Shown: in pieces, positions 54,383 to 64,000 of the stretch | Layout of the letters: each line of letters begins with the position of its first letter | Numbering within the stretch: the first letter of the stretch is position 1 | Assembly (NCBI GenBank): GCA_951406725.2 | Contig: OX597818.1 | Location: 117,366,001-117,430,000 of the forward strand | Origin: Octopus vulgaris | Taxonomy: Eukaryota | DNA length: 64,000 nucleotides | Reading direction: 5' to 3' | Made by a program: the position numbers and the translations under genes | The notes under the pieces: model-generated | The model's input: only the letters and a program-made list of their open reading frames with translations | Databases searched by the model: none | Told to the model about the DNA's origin: nothing

Positions 54383-54794
54383 TTTTAAGGCGAAAAGCTG
54401 GCAGAATCGTTAGCACGTCGGACGAAATGCTTAGCGGTATTTCGTCTGCCGTTACGTTCTGAGTTCAAATTCCGGTGAAGTCGACTTTGCCTTTCGTCCT
54501 TTCGGGGTCGATAAATTAAGTACCAGTTACACACTGGAGTCGATATAATCGACTTAATCCGTTTGTCTTTCCCCTCTGTGTTTAGCCCCTTGTGGGTAGT
54601 AAAGAAATATATATTTCTTCTGCCACTACGTTCTGAGTTCAAATTCCGCCGATCTCGACTTTGCCTTTCCATCCTTTCGGGGTCGATTAAATAAGTACTA
54701 GTTACGCACTGGGGTCGATATAATCGACTTAATCCGTTTGTCTGTCCTTGTTTGTCCTCTCTATGTTTAGCCCCTTGTGGGTTGTAAAGAAATA
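54383..54794 (+). mobile_element. SINE family C dimer with TSD
   Basis: Two tandem central domains, each with the long tail; TSD GGTACTATGCGGG at 54370-54382 and 54795-54807. Confidence 0.9.
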
Positions 54795-55702
54795 GGTACT
54801 ATGCGGGCTTTTCAGCGACTTGTCTATGATCACTCTTGTTGTCGAGCGACACTTAAATCACATGTAGATGTAACATGTAGATGTAACTCTGAATCTTAGT
54901 AAGCGTTTTCTTTATCTTATAGTGCTGACTTCAGCATGCTGGTAGATGTAGATTAATGTGTTACCGCGTACAGCTGTTTTTTTCGTAAGATAGGTTTTAC
55001 GATATTTCAATGCGTGGTGTTAAAATCTACTGTGCTTAACATCAAGAAGAAAAAAATATTTTGAATGTGAGGGTTGGAATAAAATTAAATCGATATTAAT
55101 GCATTTGATGTATGTCAGCATCTTATATAAAATTCCAATATCTCATAAACTACAAGCCAATAACACAGGAATAAATACTACAGTTGTACAAGTTGAAATT
55201 TTTCATGTTCATAAAAATAGAGTTGTATGTTCTGTTAGTGAAACTCCAAACGTTTCCGAATCATTAAAATTATGATCAAGTGTTCAAAATTAGGTCGAAA
55301 AGACTGTAGAATGTTGCATAAAAGGCAACTTGAAATTTAACATTACGTATCATGCAATAGTCAATGTTATAGAGGTATGAATTAGAAACTTAAATCTCAA
55401 AACCAAAGTCTACGTGAAATTTGTAACCTTGGGTTCAATTTTAAACCAGCAATTTAGTTAAAATACGCGCACAATCCCCAATGACTCGCTGAGTACATTT
55501 TAGTAATTGCAGTATTCCAAAACACAGTATTCCAAAAGGTGGTAGCCAATACATTGTTTACAGGCAATAAAATATTGGGATCGAACTTAAATGGGAAAAG
55601 AAGGAATGTAATAAATTTAATCTTTCCTAATTTGGAGCAATGAACTTGTTCTTACCTAAATTATTGTAAAGGTACCTGTCTCTGCGTTAATATTTTAACA
55701 CT

Positions 55703-55826
55703 AGAAGGCGGCGAGCTGGCAGAATCGTTCGCACGCCGGGAAAAATACTTAGTTGCGTTCTGGGGTCGATCTAATCGGCTGCCGCCCTACCCCAATATTT
55801 CGGGCCTTATGCCTGGAGTAGAAAAG
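55703..55826 (+). mobile_element. SINE family C with central deletion and TSD
   Basis: Head joined to tail; TSD AATATTTTAACACT at 55689-55702 and 55827-55840. Confidence 0.85.
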
Positions 55827-57167
55827 AATATTTTAACACTCGTTATTTTCTTTTGTGCAGACGGCATTTCCAGCTAATGGAAATCTCTAAACTCTTCTAT
55901 TTTTCCACCTGAGCCAATGAAAAATATTTGGCATCACAATTATTCACTCATCGAAACTTCGATAAGTACAGGGCAGTCTATGCTTCATTGATGAAGTGAT
56001 GATAACACCGAAACATAATTATAAATGTCTCGCGTATTTGCTGAAGTAATTAGAATATTCTTTATCTACGTATTGACAGTATGTGTGCTTTTTTTTTCTC
56101 ACATCATAATTACTTCCAGTTAGATTTCCAATACATACTGTACTAAACATGATATAACTGACATAACTATGTCTCCCATAGTATCCTGATATATACCCCG
56201 CAACATTTCGTTGGTGATATGAGTACGATATCGTTAAACATCGAAATATTACACCAAATATAACGGAAGCGATTGCTACAGATCCAATTACATTTCGTTT
56301 AAACATTGAATATGTATCTATTTTCTTCAATATCTTTTGTTACAGACAGCTGCATATTTTTAGAAGCTGTCGTTTTATATCATTGATCTGTTATATATGT
56401 GTATTTTATTTTGTATTTTCTTGTTCCCTGACTTCAAATAAAAGAATTTATATGGATATATGAGAGCTTAACTAGTCTGCTTACTTATACGTTTACAACA
56501 CTCTCATATTCTCGGGTTACAACTTTCTGCCATTGCTTAACAACCGTCAATGACTCCCACCCACGTTCGTTAATTGATGAATGTTCCGTTGTTGTAATTG
56601 TTGTTGTCGTCATCGTTTTGGGGCGTTTCACAAAAGTAAAATAATGTCAATGATGTACGATCTTTTGTCTTCTCAACTTCCGTAGGTGTCTTTTCTCTGT
56701 TCAGATTTCACAACAAATTACCGTCCCTCCTACCTCGTGGCTCAGAAGTGTGCCATTTTACTCAAAAAGAACATTCATTACAAGCAAGAAGAAAATCTCC
56801 ATCCTTCTTTCCCGAACGTTGTCCAAGTTGATTGCTACATTAATTTCCACTCATTTTATTGATTTAGTTGATTTTTCGACTCACTAATTTATCGATTCCG
56901 GTAATTTCAACTATGCCAGAATGCAATAAATTTTATACATTCCTATATGTAGTCTTTTCGTTTCTTACTTGTAATTACTCCCGTGCAGTTGTTCTCTGCC
57001 AGCTTAACTGTCCAGAAGGATGATAACAAGTTATAAATTATTGCAACAAACATTCATAGTATGTCTTGACTAAATGTGCATATTGTATTATGGAACGCAA
57101 ATCAAACTCGTATGGTTTTTTCCTTTTTACATATAAAGGCGCGCTGATCATGACGCTTGGTATAATA

Positions 57168-57327
57168 GGCGCAGGAGTGGCTGTGTGGTACGGAGCTTGC
57201 TTACCAGCCACATGGTTCTGGGTTCAGTCCCACTGCGTGGCACCTTGGACAAGTGTCTTCTACTATAGGCGCGGGCCAACCGAAGCCTTGTGAGTGGATT
57301 TGGTAGACGGAAACTGAAATAAGCCTG

Positions 57328-57364
<37 letters not shown>

Positions 57365-57584
57365 TATATGTGTGTGTGTGTTTGTGTGTCTGTGTTTGTC
57401 CCCCAAACATTGCTTCACAACTGATGCAAGTGTGTTTACATGCCCGTAACTTAGCGGTTCGGCAAAAGAGACCAATAGAATAAGTACTAGGCTTACAAAG
57501 AATAAGTCCTGGGGTCGATTTTCTCGACTAAAGGCGGTGCTCCAGCATGGCCGCAGTCAAATGACTGAAACAAGTAAAAAGAGT
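57168..57584 (+). mobile_element. SINE family A, full length, well conserved
   Basis: GGCGCAGGAGTGGCTGTGTGG to GACTGAAACAAGTAAAAAGAGT. Confidence 0.93.
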
Positions 57585-58566
57585 ATGCTAATTTGGCGCA
57601 TTTTTTACTCTCTGTTGTTTTTTTTCTTTTTTGCGTGGTACTCAATTAAGTACCTGTAATTATAGATTCCTGAAACGAATGTAGAATATTAGGAATGATG
57701 ATTTATATTGTATGTCTTAAAGAAAATCGCCTTAAGCTTTTCAACCACCGTGTGTTATGCTAACTGGCGACTATTTGAATATGCGCAACTGTTTTAAATT
57801 CAAACGACCTGACTTGCTTTAATGAGAATATTTTAAAGTATTACGTATATATTGCATTATTCAAAACTAGAACTTCCTCAGTAACCTAAGTCATAAACTA
57901 AGCTAACAAAAACGAAGAGAAAAAGATGAACGAAACAAGCCGGATATTGGAATCAAGCTCAAAATTTATTGTAAGTAATTTTAGTTATGATAGGTATGTA
58001 AGTTTTCGAATAAGTTGACAACGGTTGTAAAATAAATATAAAATAACTCTGGAGATAAGAGGCTTAGTAATTTTATTTACTGAAGACTAGTTATAAATTA
58101 AACGTAAATTAGGGCCTCTGTAGGTAGGTATTTCCGTATTAAACAAGCCACTTCTGAGGAAATACCATACATACCGTGGTGTTTCACAAAGGGAAGAGAT
58201 TAGGGGTGGATAACGCTTAAACCACCGCCTCTCGTCTATACGTTCTATTTTATTTGTTTTGGTGACTGGACTACATTCTGGGGCAGCGGCTTGAGGTGTT
58301 TTAGCTGATGGAATCGGGGTCGGTCTCTTATACAGAACCAATAAATGACGGCGGTGTAAGCGAACGAACACCGGTTGTCAAACGATGAGGGGGACAACCA
58401 CACACGCACGCACATACATGCATTTATACACACGTATATTTGTTTGTTGTTAACACGTTTCGGCTGATATACCCTCCAGCCTTCATCAGGTGTCCTGGGG
58501 AAATTTCGAACCTGCGTTCTCATTCCTAAGGTATTTTCCCAATGTTATTATTATTGTTATTATTCA

Positions 58567-58639
58567 GGTCACTGCCTGGAATCGAACTCGGAATTTTAGA
58601 GTTTGTAGCCCACGTTCTTAACCACTACGCCATATGCCC
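58567..58639 (-). promoter_or_regulatory. tRNA-like Pol III internal promoter (SINE-type head, not a functional tRNA)
   Basis: Minus strand GGGCATATGGCGTAGTGGTTAAG (A-box) ... GAGTTCGATTCC (B-box) with tRNA spacing; acceptor and anticodon stems pair poorly. Confidence 0.7.
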
Positions 58640-58772
58640 GTGAGTACTGATGGTGTGAATTTTAGGGCTTACAAATCTAATATTTTCCTATCCTCTCTTA
58701 ATACCGGTTCCCATATGCTACTTATAGCTGTGTTAGGTCTGCTTAGGAGGTTATTATGTCCTAGTATATGTG

Positions 58773-58934
<162 letters not shown>

Positions 58935-59015
58935 TATCATTATTGTTATAATTGTAATTATAATAACAGTGGAAAATTCCTTAGGAATGAAAACGCAGGT
59001 TCGAAATTTCCCCAG

Positions 59016-59061
59016 GACACCTGATGAAGGCTGGAGAGTATATCAGCCGAAACGTTGTGTT
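59016..59061 (+). ncRNA. Minimal type I hammerhead ribozyme, Penelope-type, apparently intact
   Basis: GACAC-CTGATGA-a-GGCTG gagagtatat CAGCC-GAAA-C-GTT-GTGTT: 5-bp stem I, 5-bp stem II, palindromic AACGTT stem III, GUU triplet (cleavage after 59056). Confidence 0.8.
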
Positions 59062-61666
59062 AACAACAAACAAGATGAGGACTAACATCCGTCATTTGTA
59101 AATAATGTAAATAATGTAAATAATTCCTCATCTCCCAAATATAGAACTACGTTAGAAAGGAATTTGTAAAATCTGTAGAAAGGCCCTTCATATTTCTTTC
59201 TGGGTTATTATTGTTATGGCTGGAAGTCTCCTTCAACATTATCATAATCGTGACTTTCTGATATAAAATTATACAATTGAAATAACTACGTAGGATGTTT
59301 GCTACGATCGTTATCAATATGACGAAAGGAAACCCCCATAATATTCCCCAATATAAAAAAGATATACTAACGTTGAATAGAATAAATACAGGTGAATAAA
59401 ATCTTTCCTACTTAGTGTCGAATTATGAGATTAGTGTTGCTTTCAAACGTCTTTATTTCCAGAGCTTGCTTTCGTATTGTGTTTTTCTATTCGTTTACAA
59501 TTACTTCGCAACATCGACGCTACATTTCTGGTTACGCCCTTGCGGTTAAGTGATTTATTTATGTCTTAATTGACTGATTAACTGCATCAACACAAGAATA
59601 CCATTTAGGTCAGCGGGTCGTTGGCCAGAAGGTAATATTTCTACATCCACAAATACAACAACAAACAAAATAAATGTAAAAGGAAATAAATCTGCCCTAA
59701 AGGAAAACGTGCGATGTCAAAAGCTGGAATATAACCCATTGTTTTTGTCCGTCTATTTTGATTTGTTTGTTTGTATTTATTTATATATTTGAAGCATTTT
59801 TCTCTTGATAAGAAATTGCCTTGAAGAGAAGACAGTATTATATTATTTACATAAATAGCTTCAACGAGCTTAGTTCATGGTTGAATCATCTTTGTTTAGT
59901 AATGTACTGTATCAACTGTTAAGTACATGTTGAAAAGAGGGAAGCGAGATTTTTGCCTTACTGACTTCATTATACAGGCGTCAATGACATTATAGATGGG
60001 CTGATACAAGCGACATACACACACACAATTTAGATTTTTCTGCTATCATCCGTAAGTCACCCTAAAGAAGAGGTCATTTCTTTTGATAAGACTATTAAAA
60101 TATTGCGATATAAATTCGTTTTTTGTAGTGTTGAGCAACCGTCTTCTTGAATAATTGACAAACAAGTCAATATATAAAAAATGTCGACTTCTGTGCTGTT
60201 ATTACTGTTATATCTTTTTCTGCGTGCCAGTGAGATTAAAAATAACCCCCGTAATAATCACAGAGATATTTTAATACAGATTAAAACTGAAAAATGTCCA
60301 TGGTGTCTACGCTTGATAAAAGATCGCAAATGGAACTCTTCCAAATGTGAAGAGTAATTCAATCCTCGCAACTCCACTCAGGCGAAGTGTACAGGATAAG
60401 GGGCGAAACCCTTGTGATTCTGAGATACCTGCTAACGATAAGGAATGGTTCCAGCATTGCAATGGATTTAGAAAACCTCACTAAATCTCTGAGTATCTCC
60501 TGAAGTTTCTACGTAGGGCAAACAACCTCAGATGTTTCTTTCACTCAAATTCACCTGTTGTAGCTCAGATTAATTTGCTGTCGTTTAGCTCCTCGTCAGC
60601 TCTGACTGCTGTTTCGGAATTCATAAAAGTGTATGATACATTGTGCCTCTAGATTTTTTAAGACAGTAGAAGTAGAATGCGATTTATTTGATGGAAATTT
60701 GTTACTATTCGAGCAGGTTACTTAGTATATTCTTTGTACCTGTGTACGCTACTTTTTATCTTTGGTGCAAAGAAAGTTATATCTTTCAGTACCACAGGTA
60801 TTATATGTTGTAGTGTCACACCGGTATGGAGTGACTATGGAATAACGTATTTCAAAACTCACAAAGGCTCACAAAACCAAATTTTCTTATTACGAGTAAA
60901 TATATTACTGCGCTCTGACGCATAGATAACATAGTGGGCAAAATGGAGAAGTGTCAAGTGATTTAATTGAGAAAAAAAAATTACCCTAGCAAAAATTTAA
61001 CTTGCCACCATGATTCACTTCCTTTGGTTACCCAGTGCCGACTAGAAAAGCTGAACTCTTTGCCTAACCAGTGTGCGAACCGTTACCCAGTCGCTAAACC
61101 TGTTAGAGCTACAAGCCTTATCTCCCTTACGCCTATCGTCGTAAAAAGTGAAGGGCACAACCACTATATATAAATATATACATAAATATTTAGCTGTGTG
61201 TATTTTTCCCTTGTTAACAATTAACACGGAAAAAATAGATAAACAAATAAATAGATAAATTTACAATAATATCAGTGATATCTTCGAAACATGTGTCGGA
61301 AGTAAAAGTATTTGAATTACACTTGAAGTATTTGACTAATTTCTTTGCCACTGTGAAAGGGTGCATTTTACCCGAAATACTGTAGGAATGTTAAATGACC
61401 AATATAAGCTAATGGAATACTTCTCTTTGCTTTAATTTATTGATAACAACTTACATATTTCTCACTTTAATTAATCAAGTGATTTTTTTCAGGTATACCA
61501 TCTATAGTACTCTTTTATAGAAACTGATGTCTATCAATATGCTATGAAAACAATAGGTTTTCGTAATGACTTCAGCAATGCATTAACTATTTACTCCTAG
61601 ATATATTTTGCCTGGATATAGGATGCGATAGTCACATGTAGGATTTAAGTAAACAAAAAGGAAACA

Positions 61667-61708
<42 letters not shown>

Positions 61709-61839
61709 TCGTAGAAGTAAGAGATAACAATTTCAACGTTGATGCTAATCACTTTCATTTAACTTCACTGCAATCAGTGCTAAGCATCGATAATGATGAT
61801 GATGATGATGATGATGACAACGATGACGACGATAACGAT

Positions 61840-62324
61840 GTGAAGAAGAAGAATAAGAAGGAGGAGGAGGAAGAGAATGAGGAGAAGAAGAAGACGGAGG
61901 AGGAAGAGGTGGTGGTGTGGAGGAGGAGGAGGAGGAGGAGGTGAAAAGAAAAAGAAGGAGGAGGGGAAAAAGAAGAAAGAGAAGGAGAAGGAGGAGGGTA
62001 GGTGGAGCAGGAGGAAGAGGGGAAGATGAAGAAGAAGGAAGAGAAGATGAAGAAGGAGAAGAAGAAAAAGAAGGAGGAGGGGAAGAAAAAAGAAAGAGGA
62101 GGGGAAGAAAAAGAAAATAATAATAATAAGGAGGAGGAGGAGGAGGAGGGCGGAAGAAGAAGGAAGAAGAAAAGAATAAAAGAAGAAGAAGAAGAAGAAG
62201 AAGAAGAAGAAGGAGGAGGAGAAGAAAAAAGAAAGAGGAGGGGAAGAAAAAGAAAATAATAATAATAAGGAGGAGGAGGAGGAGGAGGAGGAGGGCGGAA
62301 GAAGAAGGAAGAAGAAAAGAATAA

Positions 62325-62361
<37 letters not shown>

Positions 62362-62560
62362 AGAAGGAGAAGAAAAAAGAAAGAGGAGGGGAGGAAAAAG
62401 AAAATAATAATAATAAGGAGGAGGAGGAGGAGGGGGGAAGAAGAAGGAAGAATAAAAGAATAAAAGAAGAAGAAGAAGAAGAAGAAGAAGAAGAAGAAGA
62501 AGAAGAAGAAGAAGAAGAAGAAGAAGAAGAAGAAGAACAACAACAACAACAACAAGAAGA
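61840..62560 (+). repeat. Polypurine (GAA/GGA) tract with a three-fold higher-order unit
   Basis: About 720 bp purine-rich; units start at 62082, 62221 and 62369. Confidence 0.92.
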
Positions 62561-63214
62561 CAGAAATAAAGACACTCATCATCGTCAGAAGGATTTGTAG
62601 TGAGAGTAAGAGAGCCATGGAATGAAGTGTGTGCAATACCGAAGAGTAGTGAACTGCTAATCTGTGTATTGGAAGTGAAGGACTTTGTGTATGTGTGTTC
62701 GTTTGTTTGTAGGCGGATGTATGACAGCGTAATATGATTATATATATGTGTATATGTATATGTATGTATACGCACGCACACGACACATACATACACTCAT
62801 GCACACGCACACGACATATACACACACCACATACACACGCCACATACGCACACTCATACGCACGCACAGGACATATACACACTATACACACACCACATAC
62901 ACACGCCACACACAAAAACACACACACCACAGAAATACCAAACACACCACAGAAATACCAAACACACCCCACACACATCACACGAACACACTCTACACGA
63001 CACATATCCCACAGACACATACACACGACACACCACACAAACATACAAACCACACACACACAGCACACACCACAAACACCACACATACATCACACAAATA
63101 CACACTCCACACACATACACACACCACACACCACACATGTATACACACGACATAAACACATGCCACATACACACACAGACATATATACATAAAGCCACAT
63201 ATATATAGTTGGAG

Positions 63215-63457
63215 ATGTGGCTGTGTGGTAAGAAGTTTAATATGAGTCGCATGAGGTGGCACCTTGAGCAAGTCCCTTCTAGTATGCTTAGCGGTATTTC
63301 GCCCGCAGCTACGTTCTGAATTCAAATTCGGCCGAGGTCGACTTTGCCTTTCATCCTTTCGGGGTTGATAAATTAAGTACCAGTGGAACACTGAGGTCGA
63401 CCTAATTGACTTATCCCTCCTCAAAAACTGCTGCCCTTGTGGAAAAATTTGAAACCC
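63215..63457 (+). mobile_element. Chimeric SINE: family A head fused to family C body and tail
   Basis: GTGGCTGTGTGGTAAGAAG...GGCACCTTGAGCAAGTCCCTTCTAGTAT continues directly into GCTTAGCGGTATTTCG...GCCTTTCATCCTTTCGGGG. Confidence 0.75.
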
Positions 63458-64000
63458 TTAATGATTTAATGCTATAGTAACAAGGAAGTAGAAGAAGAAA
63501 AAAAAAGATATTAAAAGAATGTAAGATTTAAATGTTTTTAAAGAGATTTTATCTTCAGGTTATTTGCACTGACCTTGAACTTGTAGGAAGAGTGGCTAGA
63601 GTAAATAAAATCACAACAAACATATCCGGTTGTCAAATTTAAACTACAGGTATGCAATTTTGACAATGAAAGAATTTTGACTTTGCTAAAAATAAACGAG
63701 TATGTTTGACGCCATAAATGAATGGGAAAGGAAGTTTTATGGTCGGCTTACAACACGTTTAAATTAAAATGTAGTACAAACACTTAGTGGTTGCATAGCT
63801 CCAAATAAATGGCAAATAAAAATTCAGAGGGTCTGCTGCATCAGAATATAAATATGGTTTATGTGTGTTGATTTCATAGTGTTTTATATTTTTATAAAGG
63901 AATGAGAGATATGTGGATATGTGGATATCAATATCTCTAGCGGCAGATTTGAGCGACTCTCAAAGGAAAAGGGGAAAAAAAAGTAAAGACGTGTTTCAGC

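Noticed and set aside
55986-56020. TTGATGA-aGTG..CACc-GAAAC hammerhead-like word (also CTGAAGA at about 50185)
   Set aside because: Core mismatch, or GAAA, cleavage triplet or stem I missing.
56019-56330. 103-aa non-repetitive ORF
   Set aside because: No recognisable motif or splice context; compatible with chance.
58567-58639. tRNA gene
   Set aside because: A/B boxes are present but acceptor and anticodon stems do not pair; treated as a tRNA-derived head. The same applies to the SINE B heads.
61745-63086. Longest ORFs (443, 338 and 276 aa)
   Set aside because: Translations of (TTC/TCC)n and (TG)n microsatellites, open in all frames; no domain content.

Overview
Eukaryotic, AT-rich, repeat-dominated non-coding DNA. 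The style (huge (TA)n, (ATAG)n, (ATAC)n, (AAT)n and (GAA)n tracts plus abundant tRNA-derived SINEs) points to a coleoid cephalopod, most likely Octopus. That assignment is inference, not proof. No protein-coding gene can be identified: almost all ORFs in the track are microsatellite or SINE translations, and there are only weak exon-like signals near 7.2-8.7 kb and 48.3-48.6 kb. Supported content: about 35 SINE copies in four modular families (my labels A, B1/B2, C, D; many with clear TSDs, some as TSD-bounded tandem multimers), two remnants of R4/Dong-clade LINEs, hAT and pogo/Tigger-type MITEs (one with a nested MITE), and at least eight minimal Penelope-type hammerhead ribozyme (HHR) motifs on both strands. 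The most interesting locus is 58441-59147, a non-coding inverted-repeat element that links a tRNA-like Pol III head to an HHR-bearing module. A direct-repeat HHR pair 670 nt apart at 24468-25318 resembles a retrozyme. Coordinates were read by eye and may be off by a few bases.
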